From Promethearchaeota archaeon (GTDB lineage: Archaea > Asgardarchaeota > Lokiarchaeia > Sigyniarchaeales > SOKP01), in assembly GCA_019057795.1 (NCBI GenBank), contig JAHLWS010000087.1, positions 32,001-96,000 on the forward strand: a stretch of 64,000 nucleotides of DNA, written 5' to 3'. Below, one piece after another: positions 1 to 9,737 of the stretch. Below the pieces are notes generated by a model. The model saw nothing but the letters and a program-made list of their open reading frames with translations, did no database searches and had not been told where the DNA came from. Every line of letters starts with the position of its first letter. Within the stretch, counting starts at the first letter, position 1. A program made the translations under genes and the position numbers.

Positions 1-84
1 ACTGGAATTCCAACCGACGCAACTCTAAAGAAGTTAGGTTTGGATTTTGTTATTGGAAAATTAAAGCCAGCAGGAGGTAAATAA
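1..84 (+). CDS. 3' end (partial) of a tungsten aldehyde:ferredoxin oxidoreductase (AOR-family) gene
   Basis: Frame 1 reads TGIPTDATLKKLGLDFVIGKLKPAGGK-TAA; GIPTxxTLxxLGL is the typical AOR C-terminus; a 4Fe-4S subunit gene follows immediately. Confidence 0.7.
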   Translation, partial: TGIPTDATLKKLGLDFVIGKLKPAGGK

Positions 85-88
85 AAGA

Positions 89-643
89 ATGTCAACTATT
101 AGAACTAAGAAAAGAGGCGGAGTTATTCATCAATTCATAGTTGTAGATCCGAAACTCTGCACTGGCTGCGAAACTTGCGAAAGCGTTTGCTCTTTTGTCC
201 ACGACGGCGAGTTTAACCCAATTAACACACGAATCCATAGAGTTAGAATCGAACCAGTATTTAACATTGCTCTTGCCTGCCAAAAATGCGAGGAGGCACC
301 ATGCATTCGAAGTTGCCCCGAAAAAGCTTTGGAGAAAGACCCTGAAACGGGTTCCATCATTGTAGACGACGACAAGTGCAACGGATGCGGCTATTGTTGC
401 CGGGCTTGCGAATTTGGAGCGATGACAATGCACGTAATAAGCCAAAAAGCGCTTGTCTGCGACCTTTGCGAAGATATGAAAGACGAATTTGTCGAGGAAG
501 GCGGTAAAAAGGAGCCTCAATGCATAATAGTTTGCCCCAAGGAAGCCATAACTTTGAAAAATGTAGAACAAATTGGCGAAGAAACCCGAATTGACGCTGT
601 AAAACGCTTATTTGGCGATGTTTCGGAATTTAGTAGCAAATAA
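89..643 (+). CDS. 4Fe-4S dicluster electron-transfer subunit (DmsB/HydN/CooF-like), probable AOR partner
   Basis: CTGCETCESVC, CQKCEEAPCIRSCP, CNGCGYCCRAC and CDLC...CIIVCP motifs; GGAGGT RBS upstream. Confidence 0.85.
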   Translation: MSTIRTKKRGGVIHQFIVVDPKLCTGCETCESVCSFVHDGEFNPINTRIHRVRIEPVFNIALACQKCEEAPCIRSCPEKALEKDPETGSIIVDDDKCNGCGYCCRACEFGAMTMHVISQKALVCDLCEDMKDEFVEEGGKKEPQCIIVCPKEAITLKNVEQIGEETRIDAVKRLFGDVSEFSSK

Positions 644-737
644 CTTAATTTTTTTATCTTATTTATTTATATTATTTTTTTATTTCTCTTATTTTCAAAT
701 GACTATTTGAATGGATATTCTCACAATATTTTTTTCC

Positions 738-765
738 TACTCGAAAAATTTAAATATTTCGAGTA
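738..765. promoter_or_regulatory. Near-perfect 28-bp palindrome centred on a TATA box; probable AbrB/VapB autoregulatory operator
   Basis: TACTCGAAA-AATTTAAATA-TTTCGAGTA; TTTAAATA at 749-756 lies 23-30 nt upstream of ATG 779. Confidence 0.6.
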
Positions 766-778
766 TATATTTTTTATA

Positions 779-1030
779 ATGACCATTCATACTGATACTA
801 TAATACTAAAAATTGGATCAAAAGGAGAAATCTTTCCTCCCAAGGAAATTCGAAAAAGACTTGGTTTTGAACCAAATCAACCCATTTTATTATATATTCA
901 TCACGATCAATTAATCATAAGAAAACTTCATTCTATTGAGGAAATTTTGAATTCTTCACCAAAGACTAAAATTAGTTATCACGCTTGGAAACAATTTAAA
1001 GAGGAATTAGGTGAGGACTATGAAATATGA
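779..1030 (+). CDS. AbrB/MazE/SpoVT-family antitoxin (VapB)
   Basis: KIGSKGEIFPPKEIRKRLG AbrB signature; ATG 779 preferred over the ORF-track start 707; ATGA overlap with the PIN gene. Confidence 0.8.
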   Translation: MTIHTDTIILKIGSKGEIFPPKEIRKRLGFEPNQPILLYIHHDQLIIRKLHSIEEILNSSPKTKISYHAWKQFKEELGEDYEI

Positions 1031-1530
1031 AAATTCTAATTGATACATCATACTTTTTACCTCTCATTAAAATTGGGATTGAAAATATTCCCCAAACTAC
1101 CTTGGTTAATCTTTTAGCTAAAACATCTTTTGAATATTTTTATTCAAATCTCACTCTTTTTGAACTCACAGCGAAGGGATTAAAAATTTCATCTCAGGAA
1201 AATATAATAACGCCACAAGACATTAGGATTGGAATTGATGCCATTCAAAACGACTCGCGTCTCGTAGAAAAGTCGTTTATTGATAATCCATTAATCATCG
1301 AATTAGCATCTCAATTAAAAGCAATTCATAAAGATACAATTGATTGTTTGATTTTCGCTACAGCTATCTGTATTTGTGATTGTATCGTTACCATGGATGT
1401 ATCATTCTTCGATCAAATCAATAAAGTGCCCTCGTTAATCAATGCAATTAGAAAAATCAATGAAAACTTCCATTTTTGGTTCAACGACCTCTCAGATGAT
1501 TTAAGGGCTCTTAAATCAATTGATTCGTAG
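1027..1530 (+). CDS. PIN-domain toxin (VapC family)
   Basis: N-terminal ILIDTSYF, later E, DxxD and TMD acidic PIN residues; translationally coupled to the antitoxin. Confidence 0.8.
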   Translation: MKILIDTSYFLPLIKIGIENIPQTTLVNLLAKTSFEYFYSNLTLFELTAKGLKISSQENIITPQDIRIGIDAIQNDSRLVEKSFIDNPLIIELASQLKAIHKDTIDCLIFATAICICDCIVTMDVSFFDQINKVPSLINAIRKINENFHFWFNDLSDDLRALKSIDS

Positions 1531-1787
1531 AATGTTCGTATGTTTCAATTTTTTCTTATTTTTATTCAATTTATTTTTAGTATTTCAATTTATATCGTAA
1601 AATCTAAATTTAATAAGAGATAATTACCAGAATTGAAAACAAACTAAGTGAAGAGTAAGAATAATTGAACTTTAATAAGAAGTATTATTTACAATATCAT
1701 TATTATTTAATCAAATACAATTAATACAATTCGTTATAGGATTAAACCTTTAAAATTAGGAGGATACAAATATAAAAGGTGGAAAAA

Positions 1788-3749
1788 TTGTCTGAAGAAC
1801 AGACCAATAGTAAACACAAAATCGGAGCATTTATATGTAGATGAGGAGTTAATATTGGAGGCATTTTAGATGTGCCTAAAATTGTAGAAGAGATTGATAA
1901 ACTCGACGATGTTTGCGCTTATGAGTATTTAAATTTGTGTACTTCTGGAGGAGCTGAATTTATGAAAGAACAAATAGACGAAAAAGGCTTCGACAGAATT
2001 ATCATGGCTGCTTGAACTCCAATAACACATGAACCAGTATTTCACGCTATTTTAAAAGAAGCAGGATTGCCACAGAGATATTTGGAATTTGTCAACATTA
2101 GAGAACATTGTAGTTACGTTCATCAAGCTATGGAAGTAAGAGATGACGCTACACTTAAAGCAATAGAATTAGTAAAAGCAGGGATTTCAAGATCGCAATT
2201 TCTGGAAGAAATACCTACAAAAACAGTTGATGTAAATCCTACATGTTTGGTTATTGGTGGAGGGATTGCTGGCTTAAGTGCTGCAATTGATTTGGGAGAT
2301 GCAGGATATAAAGTTTATTTAGTTGAAAAGAAAACTACCATCGGTGGTCGTATGAGTCAATTAGATCGAACATTTCCGACAGACGATTGCAGTATCTGAA
2401 TATTGGGGCCAAAGATGTTAGAAGCTGATCGGCATCCAAATATAGAAATGCTTACTTATAGTGAAGTAGAAAAAGTCGAAGGATATATAGGTAATTTTCG
2501 AGTTCAAGTAAAAAGAAAAGCGCGATTTGTCATTGAAAGCGAATGTACTGGGTGTGGCGCGTGTACGGAAGTATGTCCGATATACATTCCTAATTATTTT
2601 GATGAAAATCTGTCGGCTCGGAAGTGTATCGATATTTCATTCGCTCAAGCAGTTCCGGCAGTTTACGACATTGCAAGAGAATCGTGTGTAGAATGTTTTG
2701 CATGTGTCGATTCTTGTGATTTGGAAGCAATTGACTTTAGCCAACAAGATGAAATAGTAGAACTTGAAATAGGAACAATAATTGTGGCAACAGGATGGGA
2801 TATATATCAAGAAGACGATTATGGGTACGGAAAATACGAGAATGTAATCACACAAATCCAATTAGAGAGAATCCTTGCTCCAAATGGTCCTATGTTTGGT
2901 CATTTGGTACGCCCCTCAGATGGAAAGCGTCCAAAGAAAATATTATTCATTAACTGCGTAGGATCACGAGATTTAAAAAAGAATGAATATTGTAGCGTAG
3001 TTTGTTGTAATTTATCTGTTAAGAATTCCAAACTTATAATCTCTGAATATCCCGATTCCGAAATTACAGTATGTTATATAGATATGAGATGCGGAGGGAA
3101 GATGTATGAAGAGTATTATAAAAGAGCCAGAGATGCAGGAATTCTTTTTGTTAAAGGGATGATAGGAAGCATAGAAGAAGATCCATTAACACAGAATCTT
3201 ATCGTTCAATTTGAACCTGTTGGAACCGATACAATAGTAAAACTGGAAGTTCATATGGTTATTTTGTCATCGGCATCGCTACCTTCTCAAGGCACAAATG
3301 AAATTGCTGCTATAATGAATATCGAGAAAACATCAGATGGGTTCCTAAAAGAAGTTCATCCACGTTTAGAACCAATCAAGACGAAAGTTCCAGGAATTTA
3401 CTTAGCTGGTTCTTGTCAAGGTCAAAAATCGATTGAACTAACAGTAAGCCAGGCTAAGGGAGCAGCATCTTCAGCAGGCATTCCAATGGGACGAAGAGAA
3501 TACGTTATTGAATTAATACGCGCCCAACCAATAGACGAAAGATGTGCAAAATGCTATAAATGTATTGACGCTTGTCCATACAATGCAATTTCTATTAATG
3601 ATGAAGGAACGATTGTTGTAGATGTAATAAGTTGCAGAGGTTGTGGAATTTGCACTGCAATATGCCCTTCTAAAGCAATAGATTTAGCGCATTACAAAGA
3701 TGTTCAATATTCAGTTTATATTGACGAATTATTGCCTATTGAGGATTAA
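1788..3749 (+). CDS. hdrA: Heterodisulfide reductase subunit A, selenoprotein with three Sec (UGA at 1842, 2013, 2397); 653 aa
   Basis: TTG 1788 after AGGTGG; one frame reads IGAFICR-U-GVNIGG ... IMAA-U-TPITHE ... NIREHCSYVH ... VIGGGIAG ... FPTDDCSI-U-ILGPKM and joins ORF-track fragments 2067..2399 and 2403..3749; each UGA sits at a conserved HdrA Cys; SECIS downstream. Confidence 0.93.
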
Positions 3750-3762
3750 AGAGGTAATTAAA

Positions 3763-4197
3763 ATGAGAGACAACGATATTAAAATTCTATCCTTTTTATG
3801 TTTAAAATGAGGCTATGGTGCAGCTGATATGGCGGGAACAATTAGAGCTCAATACCCCGTATCTTTAAGAACCGTTTTAGTTCCATGCACAGGAAGAATC
3901 GGTTCAGATGTAATTATGAGAGGTTTTGGGAGAGGTGCTGACGGAATACTCGTTGTAGGATGATACATTGGAGAATGTGATTATGAAAAAGGTAACTATT
4001 TTGCTCATAGATCAATCGCCTATATAAAAGAAGTGCTTAAAACCGTCGGACTTAACCCAAAAAGAATAAAAATGGAATATTGTAGTTCAGCGGAAGGTTC
4101 GAAATATCGGGAAGTAGCAATTGCTTTTGATGAAGAAATACGGAAACTTGGACCGAGCCCATTACGTAAAAAAAAAGAAAACTCCTCTAAAAAATAA
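3763..4197 (+). CDS. mvhD: MvhD/VhuD [2Fe-2S] subunit, selenoprotein with two Sec (UGA at 3808, 3961); 144 aa; absent from the ORF track
   Basis: GAGGT RBS; reads MRDNDIKILSFLCLK-U-GYGAADMAG...VPCTGRI...GADGILVVG-U-YIGECDYEKGN...SSAEG...LGPSPL, the full MvhD/FlpD signature. Confidence 0.93.
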
Positions 4198-4199
4198 AT

Positions 4200-4258
4200 G
4201 TGTTAGCTAATGAGGCTGAGTTAAAAAAACGAGAATTCAGCTGAAGAAATGGGAGCAC
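4200..4258 (+). ncRNA. Eukaryote-like SECIS element (cis-acting RNA) in the 3' UTR of hdrA-mvhD
   Basis: AUGA at 4210-4213; stem GGCUGAGUU (4214-4222)/AAUUCAGCU (4234-4242); A-rich apical loop; GA at 4243-4244 completes the tandem G.A core; lower helix GUGUU (4200-4204)/AGCAC (4254-4258). Confidence 0.85.
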
Positions 4259-4377
4259 CATATAACACATTAAAAAATTTTATAAAAATAAATATATCAA
4301 AAAAAAAAAGTTTAAAATTTTTTAAAAAAATTAAATCAAAAACAAGAAATTAAATTTACAGTTTTGAGTTGGAAAAC

Positions 4378-5508
4378 ATGGATACAATAGATGAATATCT
4401 AATAAAGATTGAAGATTTTCCTAAATTATTAACAACGTTATTAAAAGAAAAAGTTGTTAGCAAAATAATTGGGACAAAAGTAAAGGTAGATAAAAAAACT
4501 CAGAAAGAGGACAGATTTACGATTTCTCCAGAACTCTACGAGAAACCAGAAGATATTTCGGGTTTTCCCTTAACTAACCTAATTGCATATGGGTACGCTA
4601 GAACAGATTCAGCTGCGAAATTTTTACATAAGTCAGTTAACGGAGCATTGAAAGAAAAAGTAGGACTTATTGCTCGCCCTTGTGACACAAGGGGGATAAT
4701 TGAGTTAGTAAAAATTAGACAGATCAATTTAGATAATCTTTTTATCATTGCTTTTGAAGACAGAGGAATGGTGATAAACGTTTCTCGCCAGATAAAGAAG
4801 ATGGAAGGTATTGATCCGACTAAAGTGGTTAAGGAAAAAATCGGAGATAAGGGTTTAATTCTCAAGTTTGAAGATGGAAGCACTAAAGAAGTAGGATTAG
4901 ACATAGCAGAAAATTGTACGCGCTGTGTTAGAAAAGTTCCGGTTGTTGCTGATTTGGGAATTAGCGATCTAATATTGCCTATCGATTCTGACGAAATAAT
5001 CCTTAAAGTATATTCTACTAAAGGAGAAGAACTTGTAGAAAAATCAAAAATTAACAAGAAGCCATTACCTGATGACATGAAAACAAAAGACGCGGAAAAG
5101 CTTAAAGAAATCAAAGAAACAGCCCTCGCAAAAAGAGTAAAGGATTTAGAAGAATGGGACAAGCTTTCTCAAGAGGAAAAGATGACTAAACTACAAGCAT
5201 GTACTATGTGTGGAATGTGCATTAGAGGATGCCCTGTTTGCTACTGCGTTGACTGTATTCTAACGAAGAAGCGAAAAACAAAAACTATAAATAAAGAGAC
5301 ATATCAATTAACTCGAATTGCCCACGTTGCTGACCGGTGCGTAGAATGTGGCAACTGTGATAATAATTGCCCAACGCATTTACCGTTATCTCTGTACTTT
5401 CAATCGTTAAACGACTCATTTAAAGAAAAGTTTGGTTACAATGCTGGTGAGAGCTTGGAAGATATACCCTTTAGATCTGGGAAAGCAATAAGCGAAATGG
5501 AGTTATAA
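4378..5508 (+). CDS. FdhB/FrhB-family (F420-dependent beta-subunit-like) Fe-S flavoprotein
   Basis: ARPCDTRGIIELVKIRQINLDNL, NCTRC..P..ADL, CTMCGMCIRGCPVCYCVDC, HVADRCVECGNCDNNCP; start ATG 4378 (TTG 4369 is an alternative). Confidence 0.75.
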   Translation: MDTIDEYLIKIEDFPKLLTTLLKEKVVSKIIGTKVKVDKKTQKEDRFTISPELYEKPEDISGFPLTNLIAYGYARTDSAAKFLHKSVNGALKEKVGLIARPCDTRGIIELVKIRQINLDNLFIIAFEDRGMVINVSRQIKKMEGIDPTKVVKEKIGDKGLILKFEDGSTKEVGLDIAENCTRCVRKVPVVADLGISDLILPIDSDEIILKVYSTKGEELVEKSKINKKPLPDDMKTKDAEKLKEIKETALAKRVKDLEEWDKLSQEEKMTKLQACTMCGMCIRGCPVCYCVDCILTKKRKTKTINKETYQLTRIAHVADRCVECGNCDNNCPTHLPLSLYFQSLNDSFKEKFGYNAGESLEDIPFRSGKAISEMEL

Positions 5509-5580
5509 AAAACATAATTATTAAAAATTTAAAAAATAATATTTTTAATTAATAATAAAGAAAAACAAATGTGAAGAATT

Positions 5581-6345
5581 ATGTCGTTACCGGCTAAAAA
5601 AGCAATCGAGATTGATTCAAATATTACTCATTACATTTATAAAATGCTAAACCACGAAATGATTCTAAAATACGACGAAAGCAAGTGTATTGAGTGCGGT
5701 TTTTGTCACCGAGTTTGTCCCGTAACCATTTCAATTTACGATGAACCCTTAAAAAAGACGGCAATCGGAACGCCAGAAGAAATGAGGGTAGAGTCTGACA
5801 AAAAAATCGTAGTTGATGTAGAGAAATGCATCTGGTGCGGAAGTTGCACTTGGATCTGTCCTGGATACACTTTGGAACTAATTATAAACGGAGAAAACAA
5901 GATATTATTGGTCGAAAACGGTTCTCTTCCAGAATTTGAGGAAGAGGTTCGCACTTTAGAGAACGGTCAGAAAGTTCGCAAGGTAGTAGAAGGTTCTATT
6001 ACAATTACTTGCGATGAAAAAGATAACAAAGTTATTGACGCATTCGCGGACGAATGTGCTGTTGGCGCTATGTCTCGGGAAGGAAAGGAAGTAGTTGTAG
6101 ACATTGATAAGTGTATTCTATGTTTCAAATGTACAGAAGCCTCAAAGAACTACGATAATATTAGCGTAAAGGTTTTCCGCGATAGATTCAAGAAAGTAAA
6201 AGGAGAACCATCGTCTGTATGGAACGCTATAAATTTGCGAGTGCTTGGAAAAGAAGGAAAAATTAAAGGTATTATGAGTCGAAGTCAAAACAAACTCGCA
6301 GATGCCGTTATGCGCTTATTAGGCAAGGAATTTAGCGAGGAATAA
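5581..6345 (+). CDS. Polyferredoxin / 4Fe-4S binding protein
   Basis: CIECGFCHRVCP and CIWCGSCTWICP, plus partial CAVGA/CILCFKC motifs. Confidence 0.75.
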   Translation: MSLPAKKAIEIDSNITHYIYKMLNHEMILKYDESKCIECGFCHRVCPVTISIYDEPLKKTAIGTPEEMRVESDKKIVVDVEKCIWCGSCTWICPGYTLELIINGENKILLVENGSLPEFEEEVRTLENGQKVRKVVEGSITITCDEKDNKVIDAFADECAVGAMSREGKEVVVDIDKCILCFKCTEASKNYDNISVKVFRDRFKKVKGEPSSVWNAINLRVLGKEGKIKGIMSRSQNKLADAVMRLLGKEFSEE

Positions 6346-6470
6346 AACTAACTATTATTTTTAATTCATTTCTTAGTATTGCAATTTAACTCTCGTTTTT
6401 TCTTATTCTATATATAGCAAGAGATTTAAAGATAAAAGATGTTTATAATAAAATCGTTTTGATAAATAAA

Positions 6471-6923
6471 TTATTTTGAACTTATTTCTAAAAGATATTC
6501 TTCCGGAGTGAATGTTTTAATCTTATTTACCCAAGTAAAATGTTTTTTATTATATGTAATTAAAGGAGTATGTATTTTTTCACATTCAGTTCCGATCAAG
6601 AAATCTCTAAAATGATTTTTAAAAGGAAGTTGGTTTTTGTTTTCAAAAGCATTTTGAATGACTTTTGAAATCAACGAATTATCCCAATGTAAGAAAATTC
6701 CATCAAATTTTTTAATATCTTCAATAAACCCGTTCCAAGGAATACCTCGAATAATATAATAAAATCCTACCTCTAATTGTACAATTGTTGGCAGGAAAAC
6801 TTGAAATTTAAATTTATTTAGAGTCAAATAATTAATAAAATCATAATTTCTAAAAATATTTGAATCGAGAGCTAGCTTAAGTTTTGTATTATTCGATTTT
6901 TTAACTTCTTCTTGAGAACTCAT
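6471..6923 (-). CDS. PIN-domain toxin (VapC family)
   Basis: LALDSNIF, QLEV, RDFLIG, LITYNKKHF; ATG 6923 overlaps the antitoxin TGA. Confidence 0.8.
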   Translation of the reverse strand: MSSQEEVKKSNNTKLKLALDSNIFRNYDFINYLTLNKFKFQVFLPTIVQLEVGFYYIIRGIPWNGFIEDIKKFDGIFLHWDNSLISKVIQNAFENKNQLPFKNHFRDFLIGTECEKIHTPLITYNKKHFTWVNKIKTFTPEEYLLEISSK

Positions 6924-7255
6924 TCTTCCAACCCTGTTTTCCAATTGTTTAAAAGTATTTCATCTAAAGTATCAGTTCCTACAAACAATTTTTGTTGAAG
7001 AATTTTTCTATTTGGATCTAAATTCCAAATAATTTTTGTCGCTTCCTTTAATATCTTCTCAATATCTGATTTTTGTGTTTCTTTTATATTTAAATTGGCA
7101 TTAACTGAGATTTGTTTTTCTCTAAGAATGTCTCTTTCAAATAAAGTTAAAGCGCGTTTAATTACTTCGCTTTGAGTAATATCTAACCAAGCAGATAATT
7201 TTTTTAATCTTTTTCGTAGCCCTTCATCAATTGCTACTGTTGTTCTAATTGTCAT
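6920..7255 (-). CDS. Ribbon-helix-helix (CopG-like) antitoxin
   Basis: RTTVAIDEGLRKRLKKLSAWLDITQSEVIKRAL RHH pattern; lies upstream of the PIN gene. Confidence 0.78.
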   Translation of the reverse strand: MTIRTTVAIDEGLRKRLKKLSAWLDITQSEVIKRALTLFERDILREKQISVNANLNIKETQKSDIEKILKEATKIIWNLDPNRKILQQKLFVGTDTLDEILLNNWKTGLEE

Positions 7256-7325
7256 ATAAATATAGAAGACATATAAATATATAAATATGTTTTTATTATA
7301 AAGATATAATTACACAAATTGAGAA

Positions 7326-7997
7326 ATGAAAATGAAAGATATTAGTAAAAAAATCTTAATATTTTTGATATTTCAAATTATTTATCCAAATATATTCTAT
7401 ATTCTACTTGTTCCAGAAATTTATACAGTATCCATTTACGTTTTATATTTGTTAACGAATTATGTAATTGCTTTTGCAGATTCATTGATACGCCCTCTAA
7501 CGAAAGAGAGAAATCCTTCAAAAATATATGATTTCTTAATATTATTGATGTTTTTGTTATCACCATTCTTCTTAATTGCTGCTTTTTATGAGAATAAGCT
7601 ACTAATATCATCGATACTACCATTCTGGGATAATATTATTGTTAGTTATATTGGATTCGTTCTTTATCTCTCAGCAGGTATCTTAGTTATTGTAGGACGA
7701 TTACAGCTTGGTAAGTTCGGTTCAGGTGAATTAATAACGGAGGAGGACCACAAACTTTATACCGAAGGGGTTTACAAACATATTCGGAATCCAATGTATT
7801 CTGGGGCATTAATAGCTGTTATTGGGTTCGGTTTAGTCTTTAGAAGTATAATTACGCTTTTATTCGTTTCGATTTTCTATTTTATATTGTTTAAAATGAG
7901 AATTGATGAAGAAGAAAGACTTCTTTACGAGGCTTTTGGAGAAGAATTCTCTAATTACAAGAAGAAAAGCAAAAAACTAATACCATTTATATATTAA
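7326..7997 (+). CDS. Isoprenylcysteine carboxyl methyltransferase / PEMT-family membrane methyltransferase
   Basis: HKLYTEGVYKHIRNPMY, RIDEEERLL..FGEEF..Y; multiple TM helices. Confidence 0.85.
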   Translation: MKMKDISKKILIFLIFQIIYPNIFYILLVPEIYTVSIYVLYLLTNYVIAFADSLIRPLTKERNPSKIYDFLILLMFLLSPFFLIAAFYENKLLISSILPFWDNIIVSYIGFVLYLSAGILVIVGRLQLGKFGSGELITEEDHKLYTEGVYKHIRNPMYSGALIAVIGFGLVFRSIITLLFVSIFYFILFKMRIDEEERLLYEAFGEEFSNYKKKSKKLIPFIY

Positions 7998-8122
7998 AAA
8001 TTAACTTATTTTTTAATCTCGGAATTTTTCTAGATGATTTATAAAGCTTTTAATTGTTAATTTTAACCGAAACTTAGAATTAATTATCTCTAAACAATCA
8101 AGTTATTCAATAGTAATATAAA

Positions 8123-8150
8123 TAAAAGAATATTCGGGTAATTTTACAAA
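8123..8150 (+). repeat. Left terminal inverted repeat
   Basis: TAAAAGAATATTCGGGTAATTTTACAAA. Confidence 0.8.
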
Positions 8151-8366
8151 TGAATGAAGAATTATAAAGTCTTTCAACGCCATTCGCTTGTAAAATCTTT
8201 CTACCCGCTTTTTTTTATCTTTCACCTCATTAACGCCAAGAACTAACTTGAATACTTAAAAATTTTATCGGTCTTTAATTAATCACTATTGGCTGCAATG
8301 ATTTGAATTGGATCGTTCCATTCTTCGTCCAAAAGATATTTAAACCAAGTCACATTAATATTCCAC

Positions 8367-9698
8367 ATGATTGGAAGAAAAAAAAGGGTTTATGAACCGT
8401 ATTGGCACCCCATCGAAGCTCAGAGCGAGAGTGGAGCGTGTTTTTCGTTAGGTAAGATCCAACTTTTATGTCCCGCGTGCGGGAGTTCAAAGGTAGGTTC
8501 ATATGGAACACACGGCAGAAAAAACACCCGTGTTGAGACTTTTCAGTGTAAAGATCGTAAATGTCCGCATTTAAAGAATTACAAAACGAGCAAACAGTTT
8601 GTTTTAACTACTTCATATCAATTCAACAAGTTAATATTCGGTAAGCTCAAGGCTCTTTACGAAGACTTGCTGAAAGACGGCGCAAAAAACAAGACTATCG
8701 CGAAAAAGTATGGCATATCCGAGTCGCAAGTATCAGCGCTAAGAACCGAGATTGAATCTGCGATTGACAAGTTAAACGGGTTGGATAGACTCGTATTGAC
8801 GCCTCAACCAGATACAGCTGTTGCTATCGATGAAACATTCCTTAAAATCGAGAGTACGTCCATTTACGTTATTATAGCTACGGGGTACACGTCCCATAAA
8901 ACTTTAGGAATAAAAGTGTCTAAAAGTCGTTCAGAAGAAGATATTCGCGAAGTTTTTGACGAGGCAGATGGGAACACCGAGCGTGATATTAGCGCGATTA
9001 GTTCCGATGCCTTGAACGCTACACAATCTATGGCAAAAAACTTGAACAGGGAGATCACCCATATCATCCACCCCCATAAAAAACCGTTCAAGAAAGCCAT
9101 TATCCGACATTACAGCTACGAAAACAACGAAAGAATCACGACGACGATTGGTGTTAAAAGTAATTTTTTTAAAAAACGCGGTAAACGGCAATTTAGGTAC
9201 ATGGAAGCAAGAACTGACTTGACTCCTAAAATAACGAAAAAGCGCGGACGACCTAAGGGTTCTAAAACCAAGAAGAGACGCAAAAAGCCAATGACAAAAA
9301 AGAAACGCGGTCGCAAAGGGCTTTACACGGTTTTTGAAAAAGGAACGGTCGGCTACGCCACAATAGATCCATATCGAGACAAGTTAAAGTTAGGAAAGGG
9401 GTTGTCCAGACCGGTTGGCGCCGGGCTGAACGCGACATTAAAGTTGTTCCCCCTAATGTCAATACAAAATAATCTTGCGGAAAATATAAACTCTATCCTC
9501 CGAGCTATTATCCGGTTAAGAGGCCCAAAAACAATAGAATCCGTGGAGAGACGCATTAGGGCGACATTGAAGGTACGGAATTATCCCGAAATCTTAGACG
9601 AGGTGCGAATCACGAGGCAGGTGAGGGGAGATTTTTTAATGAACAATCTAAAACTCATAGAATGCGCCGACCTACTAGAACGGGGGATTATAATGTAA
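8367..9698 (+). CDS. DDE transposase with N-terminal Zn ribbon/HTH and a basic AT-hook insertion
   Basis: CPAC...CKDRKC; HTH (NKTIAKKYGISESQVS); catalytic AIDETF, ISSDA and NNLAENIN. Confidence 0.85.
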   Translation: MIGRKKRVYEPYWHPIEAQSESGACFSLGKIQLLCPACGSSKVGSYGTHGRKNTRVETFQCKDRKCPHLKNYKTSKQFVLTTSYQFNKLIFGKLKALYEDLLKDGAKNKTIAKKYGISESQVSALRTEIESAIDKLNGLDRLVLTPQPDTAVAIDETFLKIESTSIYVIIATGYTSHKTLGIKVSKSRSEEDIREVFDEADGNTERDISAISSDALNATQSMAKNLNREITHIIHPHKKPFKKAIIRHYSYENNERITTTIGVKSNFFKKRGKRQFRYMEARTDLTPKITKKRGRPKGSKTKKRRKKPMTKKKRGRKGLYTVFEKGTVGYATIDPYRDKLKLGKGLSRPVGAGLNATLKLFPLMSIQNNLAENINSILRAIIRLRGPKTIESVERRIRATLKVRNYPEILDEVRITRQVRGDFLMNNLKLIECADLLERGIIM

Positions 9699-9737
9699 GA
9701 AAATAAAAAAAGGGGCTAATTTATAATTGTTAATTCT

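Noticed and set aside
707-778. ORF-track N-terminal extension of the AbrB gene
   Set aside because: Runs through the TATA/palindrome region; the AbrB fold starts at ATG 779
1788-4197. hdrA/mvhD as nonsense-mutated pseudogenes, or an alternative genetic code (UGA=Trp/Gly)
   Set aside because: All five stops are UGA, in frame and at Cys positions, with a SECIS downstream; UGA is an ordinary stop elsewhere (e.g. 1028-1030, 10646-10648)
7326-7997. ICMT-family gene as evidence of eukaryote-like CaaX prenylation
   Set aside because: The family is widespread in prokaryotes; no prenyltransferase or CaaX substrate in the window
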